Source: Candidatus Saccharimonadales bacterium
Lineage (GTDB): Bacteria; Patescibacteriota; Saccharimonadia; Saccharimonadales; JBBQAJ01
NCBI GenBank assembly: GCA_038316195.1
Contig: JBBQAJ010000004.1
Coordinates: 5,199 to 69,198, forward strand
DNA length: 64,000 bases
Direction: 5' to 3'
The position numbers and the translations under genes were made by a program. This document shows positions 17,144 through 26,885 of this stretch, piece by piece. Position 1 is the stretch's first letter. Each line of letters opens with the position of its first letter. The notes under the pieces are model-generated. The model ran no database searches, had not been told where the DNA came from, and worked only from the letters and a program-made list of their open reading frames with translations.

Positions 17144-17638
17144 ATGAATAAGACAATTAACGGAATCGAGCTAGTAAGTACTAGAAGCGACATCTCTGGA
17201 AGTATTGATATTGGTAGAATAACCACGGGAAGTGCAGCGATGCAATGTCCACTTACAAGAGAAGAACTTTCTGAACATGAATTTGGGTTTTTTGCAGTTC
17301 CAAGACTAAAATACGGTTCGCCAGCCGTAGGATATGTTGCTTGCAAAAAAATTGAGGTTGGAAAATTGCCTATCAATGATAATAGTACTGAAGAGTGGAC
17401 TGCGATTGTTGGAGGTTTATATCTATTGCCTGAACATAGAAATATTGGCATAGCATCAAGATTGGTACGAACTATTACCCAAGAAATTTTTGATATAGAA
17501 CCAGATGTTTCAGCATGTATCGCACAATGTAATGAACTTAGTGCTCCCGTATTTTCTAGATTAGGTTACGAATCGGAGGAAACTTTCGTAGACACAAAAG
17601 TACCTTATCAAGTCACAAGACTTCAATGGCAAGTTTAA
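17144..17638 (+). CDS. GNAT-family N-acetyltransferase (putative)
   Basis: 164 aa. LLPEHRNIGIASRLV resembles the GNAT motif A acetyl-CoA pocket. AAAGGA SD upstream. Confidence 0.55.
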   Translation: MNKTINGIELVSTRSDISGSIDIGRITTGSAAMQCPLTREELSEHEFGFFAVPRLKYGSPAVGYVACKKIEVGKLPINDNSTEEWTAIVGGLYLLPEHRNIGIASRLVRTITQEIFDIEPDVSACIAQCNELSAPVFSRLGYESEETFVDTKVPYQVTRLQWQV

Positions 17639-17671
17639 ATTTAGCAATATATCTCTGTTATAGTTAATGTA

Positions 17672-19339
17672 ATGAGACAAGAAATCGAACAAGCTTTTGC
17701 TAATGTATGCAATGAATTATTCAATACTGTCCTGGAAGTTGAACTAACACGTCCTAATGAACAATTTGGCGATTATTCTACAAACGTCGCTTTGCAGTTG
17801 AGTAAAAAACTTGGTAAATCACCTAGAGAACTCGCAGAACAAATAACCAGTAATTTACAAAATCAACTTTTGAACATAAAAGAAATAAATGTGGCAGGTT
17901 CGGGATTTATTAATATGCGATTAACGGATGACGCATTATTAAGTTTAGTGAATGCAATACCAAATCAGTCTTTGGCCGGCAAAACAGTTGTTACTGAATA
18001 TTCTGACCCAAATCCGTTCAAGGTTATGCATGCAGGACATTTATACACGAGCGTAGTTGGGGATGCTGTTTCGAAACTGTTAGAAACTGCAGGAGCAAAA
18101 GTCTATCGAGTCAATTTTGGTGGAGACGTGGGCTTACATGTTGCAAAGACTATGTGGGCGATTTTGCAAGAAATTGGAGGTGAAAATCCGGAAAAATTGA
18201 ATAAAATTACCGAAAAAGCCGAGTGGCTTTCGGATTGCTACGTGACGGGTACGGCGAAATACGATAGTGATAACATCGCAAAAAACGAAATAATTAGTAT
18301 AAACAAACGTGTATACAAAATTTTTGATGACGGAGATAAGGATTCGCCATTTGCTCAAATATACTGGGAGTGTAGAAGTTGGAGCTATGATTATTTTAAT
18401 GAATTTTACAAAAGAATTGGCAGTCATTTTGACAAATATTATCCGGAAAGTGAAACTGCAAAGTTTGGTTTACAAAAAGCTAAAGAACTTCTCGAACAAG
18501 GTGTTCTAGAAAAATCGAATGGTGCTGTTGTCTTTAAGGGCGAGAACCATGGTTTGCACACGCGAGTTTTTATAAATTCAGAAGGATTGCCAACATATGA
18601 ATCAAAAGATTTGGGTCTTACAATTGCCAAAATAGACGATTTCCATCCAGACAAAATGGTCATTATAACTGGAAATGACATTGTTGAATATATGAAAGTT
18701 GTATTAAAAGTGCTTGAACATTTTGACCCAGTTCATGCACAAGCAACAAAACATTTAACTCACGGGATGGTACGTCTTGCAGGTGGGACAAAAATGAGTA
18801 GTCGAAAGGGAAACATACTAAAAGCAGTAGATGTGATTGACGCAGCACAAATGGCTAACGAAACAGCTACTGGACAAAAATCTGAATCCACTGCACTAGC
18901 TGCAGTCAAATATGCTTTTTTGAAAAATCGAATTGGAGGGGATATTGTTTACGACCCGGCAGAATCCGTTGCGCTCGAAGGAAATAGTGGACCATACTTA
19001 CAGTATGCTCACGCTAGGGCTCGGAGCATTTTGAATAAAACTCAATCAACTGACAGCCGTCAAACAACGATTGGTAGTTTTGAAAAAGATGAACGAAGTC
19101 TACTTAGGAAAATTGGGGAGTATGCCGAAACGGTAGATAAATCAGTTCAAGAACTTACACCACACCATATATGTACGTATTTGTATGAACTTGCACAGGA
19201 ATTTAATAGGTTTTATGAGCATAACCGAGTTATAGATGATCCTCGCCAATCTGTGCGCTTATTTTTAACTAAGTCGTATGCTGATACTTTAAAAAATGGT
19301 TTAGAATTATTGAATATACTAGCTCCAAATAGAATGTAA
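17672..19339 (+). CDS. argS: arginyl-tRNA synthetase
   Basis: 555 aa. N-terminal Arg-tRNA-binding domain, HIGH-type PFKVMHAGHL and an anticodon-binding C-terminus ending in M. Confidence 0.95.
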   Translation: MRQEIEQAFANVCNELFNTVLEVELTRPNEQFGDYSTNVALQLSKKLGKSPRELAEQITSNLQNQLLNIKEINVAGSGFINMRLTDDALLSLVNAIPNQSLAGKTVVTEYSDPNPFKVMHAGHLYTSVVGDAVSKLLETAGAKVYRVNFGGDVGLHVAKTMWAILQEIGGENPEKLNKITEKAEWLSDCYVTGTAKYDSDNIAKNEIISINKRVYKIFDDGDKDSPFAQIYWECRSWSYDYFNEFYKRIGSHFDKYYPESETAKFGLQKAKELLEQGVLEKSNGAVVFKGENHGLHTRVFINSEGLPTYESKDLGLTIAKIDDFHPDKMVIITGNDIVEYMKVVLKVLEHFDPVHAQATKHLTHGMVRLAGGTKMSSRKGNILKAVDVIDAAQMANETATGQKSESTALAAVKYAFLKNRIGGDIVYDPAESVALEGNSGPYLQYAHARARSILNKTQSTDSRQTTIGSFEKDERSLLRKIGEYAETVDKSVQELTPHHICTYLYELAQEFNRFYEHNRVIDDPRQSVRLFLTKSYADTLKNGLELLNILAPNRM

Positions 19340-19342
19340 AAC

Positions 19343-19819
19343 ATGAAGAGTAGTGCTAAGACAGTTGATGAATATTTGGCAAGCTTGCCGGTTGATAGGC
19401 GTGATGCATTGAAAAATATTCGACAAGCAATCCTTAATATTTTGCCAAAAGGAATAGTTGAAACTATGAATTGGGGGATGATAAGCTACGAAGTTCCTTT
19501 GAAGGTTTTCCCCAATACACACAACCAACAACCACTTATGTTTGTTGCACTAGCGAGCCAGAAAAATCATATGGCAATATACCAAATGATCACTTACGGC
19601 GAGCAATCAAAAGAAGATTGGTTACGTAATAAGTACGAAATAGCGGGTAAAAAATTGGATATGGGTAAAGGATGTATTCGCTTCAAGAAGCTATCAGATC
19701 TTTGGTTGGATCCAATATTGGAATTAATTTCTAAATCAAACCTTGAGGGTTATATTAAAAGATATGAACACGCTCAAGCAGATAGAAAAAGAGCTAATAG
19801 CAGACGCAAATCCAGTTAG
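19343..19819 (+). CDS. DUF1801 (YdhG-like) domain protein
   Basis: N-terminus KTVDEYLASLPVDRRDALKNIRQAI is typical of DUF1801. It starts 3 nt after the argS stop. Confidence 0.7.
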   Translation: MKSSAKTVDEYLASLPVDRRDALKNIRQAILNILPKGIVETMNWGMISYEVPLKVFPNTHNQQPLMFVALASQKNHMAIYQMITYGEQSKEDWLRNKYEIAGKKLDMGKGCIRFKKLSDLWLDPILELISKSNLEGYIKRYEHAQADRKRANSRRKSS

Positions 19820-20480
19820 AGCACATCATGCACTGAGATATTTCAAAACTGCTCCTGGAGAATATGGTTATGGTGATAAGTTTTTAGGAGTTTCAAGCCC
19901 TGATATACGAAGGATTTCTAAAAATCACTTTAAAAAATTAAGCTTGAATCAGACGATTAATTTATTACATGAAACATGGCATGAAGCGCGATTATGCGCA
20001 TTATTTATACTTGTTCTAAAGTACCAACATGGTACAGAATTAGCCAAACAACAAATAGTGGAGTCTTATTTGAAAAATACTAAGTTCGTAAATAATTGGG
20101 ACTTGGTTGACTGCAGTGCTTCAAAAATTTTAGGGAACTGGCTATTGGGCAAACCTGATCAATCAATTTTATACAATTTTGCATCATCAGATTTACTTTG
20201 GGAGCGAAGAATTGCCATAATCAGTACATTAGAATTTATTCGCAACATCCAGTTTGTTCATACCTTAGCGCTTGCTGAGATTTTACTTGGTGATTCACAT
20301 GATCTAATTCATAAAGCAGTGGGTTGGAGTTTACGCGAAGTTGGAAAAAAAGATCAAAAACAACTTATTATTTTTCTGGACAATCACGCAGCAACTATGC
20401 CTCGAACAGCTCTGCGATATGCTATTGAAAAGCTGGATATTAGATTACGTCAGCACTACATGAGCTTAAAAAACAAATAA
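19764..20480 (+). CDS. DNA alkylation repair protein (AlkC/AlkD-like HEAT-repeat family)
   Basis: MNTLKQIEKELIADANPVRAHHALRYFKT...GDKFLGV...WDLVD...GWSLRE pattern. ATG 19764 is preferred over TTG 19743. Confidence 0.75.
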   Translation: MNTLKQIEKELIADANPVRAHHALRYFKTAPGEYGYGDKFLGVSSPDIRRISKNHFKKLSLNQTINLLHETWHEARLCALFILVLKYQHGTELAKQQIVESYLKNTKFVNNWDLVDCSASKILGNWLLGKPDQSILYNFASSDLLWERRIAIISTLEFIRNIQFVHTLALAEILLGDSHDLIHKAVGWSLREVGKKDQKQLIIFLDNHAATMPRTALRYAIEKLDIRLRQHYMSLKNK

Positions 20481-20496
20481 GTTCTATAATGTATCT

Positions 20497-21117
20497 ATGG
20501 CTTATGTAGTTTTTGATTTTGATGGCACTTTGGCAGATATGAAAATGTTATTTTTGGAAATTGGAAATGAAATCTCTGAAAAAAGGGGATGGCCAAAAGT
20601 TGACGAAAAAATCTATCAAGAACTACGAAAAGGTAACATTAAAGATGGTCTAAAAACTCTTGGAGTATCGTTCCGTGAAGTACCATTTGCCTTAATACAA
20701 GCTAAGCGAATGCTGGCTTTAAGAACAGGTGAAATTCAACTTTTTAAAGGTATGTCTGAATTAATAATAAATCTCCATGCAGAAGGCCATGAACTGTTCG
20801 TACTCAGTACAAACAGCAAAAAAATCATCACATCAGTTTTAGAAAGATATAATTTACTAGATAAAATTGACGTGCTGCCATCTAGTGGTTTGTTTGGAAA
20901 AGCTTCGGCTCTTAAAAAGTTTTTGAGGGCTAACAAAGCAAAAAATGAAAACGTTTGGTATGTTGGAGACGAACTTCGTGATATTGAAGCGGCTAAAAAA
21001 GCTGGAATTAATTGTATAGCCGTGACCTGGGGTCTGCAACATCCTGATACCCTGAAAGCTGCGCAACCGACACAAGTGGCCGACAAACCTGAACAAATTA
21101 ATAAGTACTTACTTTAG
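20497..21117 (+). CDS. HAD-family hydrolase (phosphoglycolate-phosphatase-like)
   Basis: Motif I VVFDFDGTLAD, motif II LSTNS and motif IV VGDELRD. Confidence 0.85.
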   Translation: MAYVVFDFDGTLADMKMLFLEIGNEISEKRGWPKVDEKIYQELRKGNIKDGLKTLGVSFREVPFALIQAKRMLALRTGEIQLFKGMSELIINLHAEGHELFVLSTNSKKIITSVLERYNLLDKIDVLPSSGLFGKASALKKFLRANKAKNENVWYVGDELRDIEAAKKAGINCIAVTWGLQHPDTLKAAQPTQVADKPEQINKYLL

Positions 21118-21151
21118 TTCTAATTAGTTTGCTACAATAACCATAACAATT

Positions 21152-22639
21152 ATGAAATCAGTACTGCTTTTATATCCTCATCAGTTATATGCTGCATCCG
21201 ACTTGCCTAAAGTTGAAACTGTGATAATTGTAGAAGATCCAATGTTTTTTGGGATGGACCAAGAATATCCCATACGCATGCACAAACAAAAACTTATATT
21301 GCACCGTGCAAGTATGCGTAGATACGTTGAAGAAGTATTGTGGCCTGCAGGTTACAAAACAGAATATGTTGACCTTGATGTTCTTATGCAGAGTGGGGAT
21401 GTCTTAGAAAAAGCCAACAAAGCTGAACAATTATTTGTAATAGATCCATCTGACGATATTTTGACAAAACGCTTATTACAGGCTCGCCGTGAGCGTCCAG
21501 AACTTTCAAATCTGACATTTCTGTCAAATCCGAGCTTTTATTTAAAAGAACAGGAAATACGACAATATTTTGATGAAAAACGGAAACACACGTTTTTAGA
21601 TTTTTACCAATGGCAACGCGAAAGATTCAATGTTTTAATTGGCGATGATTACAAGCCAGTAGGTGGTAAATGGTGTTTTGAAACAGAACACCATCGCAAG
21701 CTTGCAGAAGACGCAGTGTTGCCTAGTTTTAGGGTATTTGGTGACAATAAATATGTTCAAGATGCAGTTAAATGGGCAAACGATCACTTTCCCGAAAACC
21801 CAGGCAGTAGTGAGTTTATTTGGCCCACAAACCACGCGGAAGCCAAAATTTGGTTAGATGATTTCCTAGAAAATCGCTTAGATGATTTTGCTATTTACCA
21901 GAATAATCTGGATGTTCGATCGCCTTGGTTATATCATAGCTTGTTGGCCAGTAGTCTAAACATTGGTTTACTAAAGCCCCAAGAAGTTGTTGTGGCAGCA
22001 CTTGCTAGACATGAAAATAAACCTGTTCCACTTGAAAGTTTGGAAAACTTTATAAGACAAATTTTAGGCTGGAGAGAATATACCCGAGGTCAATATTTGC
22101 ATAAGTCTACAGAACTGCGAAACCTAAATGTATTCAGTAGCCATCGTAAACTTACTAGCGCATGGTACAACGGAAATACTGGTATACCACCATTAGACGA
22201 TCTTATAACTAAACTCAATCAACACGGCTATGCTCATCCTAGCGAGCTACGTAATATAGCAGGAAACTTAATGTTGCTCAGCGAAATCCAGCCAGATCAC
22301 ATAAATCGTTGGATCAGTGAACTTTGTTTGGATTCTTACGATTGGACCAATCTACCAAATGTGAATGGTTTAAACATGTTTACAAACGGTACCATTGAAT
22401 CTCAGCCACCCCTGTTACTAAGCGATGATATACTAGAAATAAGTAACTACGAACGTGGTGATTGGTCGGATGTTTGGGATGGTCTTTATTGGCGATTTGT
22501 AGAAAAACATCAAACAATATTATCTAAAATTCCACACACTAGGGTTTTAATCCAGCGACTTAAGCATTTAGAAGAAGACCATAAACGAATCATACATTAT
22601 CGGGCAGAAGATTTTTTGAACCAGCATACAAGTGCCTAA
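21152..22639 (+). CDS. cryptochrome/photolyase-related protein (COG3046, FeS-BCP-like)
   Basis: 495 aa. GGKWCFETEHHRK, QILGWREY and YDWTNLPNVNGL segments are typical of the photolyase-related family. Only 2 Cys residues in total. Confidence 0.75.
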   Translation: MKSVLLLYPHQLYAASDLPKVETVIIVEDPMFFGMDQEYPIRMHKQKLILHRASMRRYVEEVLWPAGYKTEYVDLDVLMQSGDVLEKANKAEQLFVIDPSDDILTKRLLQARRERPELSNLTFLSNPSFYLKEQEIRQYFDEKRKHTFLDFYQWQRERFNVLIGDDYKPVGGKWCFETEHHRKLAEDAVLPSFRVFGDNKYVQDAVKWANDHFPENPGSSEFIWPTNHAEAKIWLDDFLENRLDDFAIYQNNLDVRSPWLYHSLLASSLNIGLLKPQEVVVAALARHENKPVPLESLENFIRQILGWREYTRGQYLHKSTELRNLNVFSSHRKLTSAWYNGNTGIPPLDDLITKLNQHGYAHPSELRNIAGNLMLLSEIQPDHINRWISELCLDSYDWTNLPNVNGLNMFTNGTIESQPPLLLSDDILEISNYERGDWSDVWDGLYWRFVEKHQTILSKIPHTRVLIQRLKHLEEDHKRIIHYRAEDFLNQHTSA

Positions 22640-22713
22640 CTCTTGTAAAGCTGTCTAAAGATGTTACAATAACAGCATAAAGTGGGCTAGAAATTAAGGT
22701 TTTTGGAGGATAT

Positions 22714-23124
22714 ATGGCATTACGTAAAAGCTCAGTCAAAAAAGTTGCCGGTACCACAGAATTAACTATTGTTCTGCCACCCGTAAAAGCACCCAAATGG
22801 TTACAGGGTTTTACTGATTTTGTTCGTGAACAAGGAGTTGTTGGACTTTCCGTAGGTCTTATTTTAGGTATTGCTGCAAAGAGCGTCGTTGATTCGCTTG
22901 TTAATAATATTTTTAACCCCATGATTGGGTTGTTATACGGTGGCGGTGATTTTAGTACCAAATATCATTGTTTAAAAACTACTGAAGGCGTATGCACAAG
23001 CAAGCTGGGCTACGGTAGTTTTATGAATGCTTTAATTAGCTTTTTTATTGTTGCTGCGTCGGTTTATTTTGTAGTCAAAGCCCTGAAGCTGGATAAGTTA
23101 GATAAAAAAATAAATAAAATCTAA
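22714..23124 (+). CDS. mscL: large-conductance mechanosensitive channel
   Basis: FVREQGVVGLSVGLILGIAAKSVVDSLVNNIFNPMIG matches the MscL TM1 region. GGAGG SD upstream. Confidence 0.9.
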   Translation: MALRKSSVKKVAGTTELTIVLPPVKAPKWLQGFTDFVREQGVVGLSVGLILGIAAKSVVDSLVNNIFNPMIGLLYGGGDFSTKYHCLKTTEGVCTSKLGYGSFMNALISFFIVAASVYFVVKALKLDKLDKKINKI

Positions 23125-23320
23125 CCTTCTCCCATCACAAATTATAAAAAACTGATAGACATATGAAGTTTTAGTGGTGGTCAATGTTGAAATTCACATA
23201 ATTAATTAAAAAGTTTCTCGTAATAAAAACGACTTCAATGTTCGCTACCTCAGAAACTTTCATTATCTTGATAATGTCTAAGAACTGAAAGATTTTTGTA
23301 TTATCGGCTATAATTAAAAT

Positions 23321-23719
23321 ATGGAATTGAGTGATGAAGAGTGGAAGAAAAAATTAACCCCTGAGCAATATCGAGTTTTGAGACAGAAAGGTACGGAAGC
23401 GCCTTTTTCTGGAGAACACACAACCAATACCAAAACTGGTGTCTATAACTGTTCTGCCTGTGGGGCAATGCTTTTTAAAAGTGAATCCAAGCATGAATCC
23501 AAAACTCCTGGTTTGCAAGGCTGGCCGAGTTTTGCAGAAATTGCAGAGGGTGGATCTGTTGATTTGGTAGAAGATAAATCTATGGGCATGAATCGAATAG
23601 AGGCTGTATGTTCAAGCTGTGGAAGTCACCTAGGCCATGTGTTTGATGGTGTCGATGACACGCCAACTGGAAAACATTACTGCATAAACTCTGTCTGCTT
23701 GAATTTTGAACCTAAATAG
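23321..23719 (+). CDS. msrB: peptide-methionine (R)-S-oxide reductase
   Basis: YNCSACGAMLF and CSSCGSHLGHVF (two CxxC motifs) plus GWPSF. Confidence 0.93.
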   Translation: MELSDEEWKKKLTPEQYRVLRQKGTEAPFSGEHTTNTKTGVYNCSACGAMLFKSESKHESKTPGLQGWPSFAEIAEGGSVDLVEDKSMGMNRIEAVCSSCGSHLGHVFDGVDDTPTGKHYCINSVCLNFEPK

Positions 23720-23932
23720 ACGTAAACACAGATCATGATAAAAGATCATTCTCACCGGCTCAATGATTACAATTGCAAGATTTAATCTTGGTTTCTCAAT
23801 GGCTTCCTTCGCAAGTATAAATACTTACGGCTACTTATATATGAATGGTGGCATTTTTCGACCAGAAGCTGTAGAAAAGAATCCAGAACTTTTTAGGTTC
23901 GAGTGATATTTATACTGTTACAATAGTACGAC

Positions 23933-25420
23933 ATGGATGATGATATTCGGGATCGGTTTCGGGGTGCGAGTAGAAGGGACCCAACCCCAACTAGTTATGG
24001 TCGACAGGCGCGACCAGCTAGACCTTCCGCGTCTCAATCAAATTCACGGCAAGATCCCGTAGAAAAATCAGCTTGGCCATCTATACTGGCAGAAGATGCT
24101 AAAAAATCATCACAACTATCTCGTACTCCACCTTCTGATAGGTCAAACAAACGTGCTAAAAAAAATAAACGTAAATTTTTCAAACGTAATAAAAAACGTT
24201 TAAAGAAATCTAAAAAGAAGATTATATTGATGGCATTTCTACTTATAGTGCTTTTACTGGCAGGTGGTATGTATTTTATTTTTCTTAAAGGCAAAAAAAG
24301 CGACAAAAAGTTTGAGCAATCATTAAAATCTACGAACGATACGTCTGCTGTAGAAACGCCAAAACCAACAGGAACAATTCGGTTTATAGCTGTTGGCGAC
24401 AGTATGGCATTCGACTCCATAAACAGTGCAGCCAAGCAGCCAGACGGGACTCATAACTATCTACCAATGATGTCTGGGTTTAAGCCATTCTTCGATAAGT
24501 CAGACATTAGACTTTGTAACGAAACCACTCCTGGTGGTGGAGATAAAGACGGTTTGGCAATTAGCGCATATCCAACTTTTAATGCTCCAACGGAATGGTC
24601 GTCAGGGTTTGCGGGATTAGGTTGCAATTTAATTGACCTAGCCAGCAAAAATATAAATGATAAAGGGCAGCCAGCAATAGATTCAACTCTGAAAGTTTGG
24701 GATAAAACAGAAAAAATTTTAGCAGTTGCAGGAGCTAACAAGTCAGCTGAGGACCAAGCAAAAATTCGTTATTTTACTGTTAAGGGTATTAAATTTGCAT
24801 ATTTGGCATATACGACAAGAAGTCTGAATACCCAGCTAACCCCATATGGACTAAATATTTATAGCGACGACCTAGCCACTAAACAAATTGCTGATGCACA
24901 TAAAAATTCCCAATTAGTAATTGTAAGCATAAATTGGGGGACTGAAGACAGTAATGACATAAACCCTGATCAAGAACACATTGCTAAGCTTTTAGCATCT
25001 CAAAATGCAGACGTTGTGCTTGGAAGTGGCCCGAACGTGCTTCAGCCAGCCAAGATAATAGACGGGAAAGATGGTCACCAGACATTGGTTTGGTTTAGTT
25101 TGGGAAACTTTTTGGGTTCGCAATTGCCTTTAAATAATTTGATAGGTGGAATGGCAATCATGGATTTCGACGTTGCTACACAGAAAATACAAGACCCGAA
25201 AATACTACCTGTGTATATGCACTACGAATGGACTGCTGCTCAAAAAGCCTCAAATCAGGTAAACGCTAGACATGATTTTATGCTATGGCCACTCGACCTT
25301 GCTACAGATGCGTTAGCCAAATCCCAAAATAACACTACTGTGGAGGCTCAAACTTCTAGAGTAAATGGGATCATAACAAAATTTATTCCTATAAAAGTTA
25401 TCAAAAGTACCGAATTTTGA
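23933..25420 (+). CDS. CapA/PGA_cap-family membrane-anchored protein
   Basis: K/R-rich N-terminus, one TM segment, then IRFIAVGDSMAFDS...CNETTPGG...GCNLIDLA resembling the CapA metallophosphatase-like domain. Confidence 0.65.
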   Translation: MDDDIRDRFRGASRRDPTPTSYGRQARPARPSASQSNSRQDPVEKSAWPSILAEDAKKSSQLSRTPPSDRSNKRAKKNKRKFFKRNKKRLKKSKKKIILMAFLLIVLLLAGGMYFIFLKGKKSDKKFEQSLKSTNDTSAVETPKPTGTIRFIAVGDSMAFDSINSAAKQPDGTHNYLPMMSGFKPFFDKSDIRLCNETTPGGGDKDGLAISAYPTFNAPTEWSSGFAGLGCNLIDLASKNINDKGQPAIDSTLKVWDKTEKILAVAGANKSAEDQAKIRYFTVKGIKFAYLAYTTRSLNTQLTPYGLNIYSDDLATKQIADAHKNSQLVIVSINWGTEDSNDINPDQEHIAKLLASQNADVVLGSGPNVLQPAKIIDGKDGHQTLVWFSLGNFLGSQLPLNNLIGGMAIMDFDVATQKIQDPKILPVYMHYEWTAAQKASNQVNARHDFMLWPLDLATDALAKSQNNTTVEAQTSRVNGIITKFIPIKVIKSTEF

Positions 25421-25529
25421 AAAATTAATGTTAATTTAAAGAGCTTGATGATAAGTCAGCATTCTTTTTCGAGAAAGGATCAAAAAAAGATCAAAAATTT
25501 CTTCATATGTAAAGTTATTGAATATTATT

Positions 25530-26279
25530 TTAGTAGGGTTGGTGGTCAGGGATTGCGTTGAAAAATTCTTCTAGGGTTTGAATATTTTGATTGTGCATCT
25601 CGGTAGCTAACTCAATGCCGACATAACGGAAATGCCAAGGTTCAAAATCATACCCAGTAATTTTATTTTTTCCCTCGGGGTAACGAACTATAAAACCATA
25701 TCTATAAGCGTTTTCAACTAACCACTTACCCTCTGGCAGATTTGCAAAACAGACATCCAGTTCGCATTGATTTGAAGTTGTTCCTAAATCCGCTGCCATA
25801 CCAGTCTGGTGTTCGCTGGTGCCAGGTCTAGCGCTAACTTTATCTGCACCAGATTGACCAAGTTTTTGCACATAGCCGTTATATACGGATACCTGAAGCT
25901 GGTAAGATCGATAACCACTTACGAGTAGGAGGTTTATATCTTGGCTTTTTGCTGTTTTCACCATATTTTCTAAAGAGGTCGCTGCTTCTTGGCGTATTCT
26001 TGATTCACTACTGTTTGGGGAACGCAGTCCAATGTTGGGCACAATCAAATCTGACGGTGCATATGTTATGGGGTTTATAGGATGCTCTTTATTAACAATC
26101 CACCATAGACTGTCTGGCGTATCAAGTGAATATTTTTGTTTGTCAAAAGTTGAAGAAGAAGATTTTACGGGTGTGTTTTTAATTAAATTATCGCTTGGAG
26201 CGCTTGCATTTTTGGTAAAAAGTAAAACAAAAGCTGTAAAACCAAATACCACAAAAATTGCAAAAATTGACTTCTTCAT
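25530..26279 (-). CDS. D-alanyl-D-alanine carboxypeptidase, VanY/M15 family
   Basis: SGYRSYQLQ, SEHQTGMAADL and EPWHFRYVG motifs. ATG 26279 (MKKSIFAIF signal anchor) is preferred because TATAAT lies 6 nt upstream. Confidence 0.85.
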   Translation of the reverse strand: MKKSIFAIFVVFGFTAFVLLFTKNASAPSDNLIKNTPVKSSSSTFDKQKYSLDTPDSLWWIVNKEHPINPITYAPSDLIVPNIGLRSPNSSESRIRQEAATSLENMVKTAKSQDINLLLVSGYRSYQLQVSVYNGYVQKLGQSGADKVSARPGTSEHQTGMAADLGTTSNQCELDVCFANLPEGKWLVENAYRYGFIVRYPEGKNKITGYDFEPWHFRYVGIELATEMHNQNIQTLEEFFNAIPDHQPY

Positions 26280-26336
26280 ACCATTATTATACTCAAGTGA
26301 TGCAATCATGGCGAGGTAAGGTATAATTCCAGAGAT

Positions 26337-26885
26337 ATGATTGATAAAAAAGCAATACCTACCAAGCTTCTATGGGTAGATTTAGAAATGACAGGGCTGG
26401 ATGTTGAAAATGATGTTATTTTGGAAATTGCAGCCGAAATAACAGATTTTAGTTTTAAAACCCTAGGTAACTACGAAGCAATTGTTAAACAGAACCAAGA
26501 CACGGTAGTATCACGTATGCAGAACAACATATGGTGGCGTGATTATCCGGCAAATCGTGATGAATTTATTCAAAATCTGCCAAATGGAAAAGAGCTAAGT
26601 AAAGTTGAACAAGAAATGATTGCTTTAGTACAAAATAACTTTGGCGATGAACCAGCAGTGCTAGCTGGAAATTCAATTCATAATGACCGAGCGTTTATCA
26701 AAAAATGGATGCCCAGCTTAGACCTTAAACTACATTACCGTATGTTGGATGTCAGTAGTTGGAAATTAGTTATGCAAACAAAATATGGAGTAAATTTCGA
26801 GAAAAAAGAAGTCCATCGTGCCTTTGACGATATTCAGGCATCGATAGCTGAGCTTCAAAGTTATCTTGAGCATTTCAACCAATGA
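26337..26885 (+). CDS. orn: oligoribonuclease
   Basis: LLWVDLEMTGLD...ILEIAA, GNSIHNDRAF and HRAFDDI DEDDh exonuclease motifs. Confidence 0.9.
   Translation: MIDKKAIPTKLLWVDLEMTGLDVENDVILEIAAEITDFSFKTLGNYEAIVKQNQDTVVSRMQNNIWWRDYPANRDEFIQNLPNGKELSKVEQEMIALVQNNFGDEPAVLAGNSIHNDRAFIKKWMPSLDLKLHYRMLDVSSWKLVMQTKYGVNFEKKEVHRAFDDIQASIAELQSYLEHFNQ

Noticed and set aside
23763-23906. 47-aa ORF (MITIARFNLGFSMASFASINTYGYLYMNGGIFRPEAVEKNPELFRFE) in the msrB/CapA-like intergenic gap.
   Set aside because: It has no SD or -10 context and no recognisable motif. It could be a gene remnant, but support is insufficient to call it.
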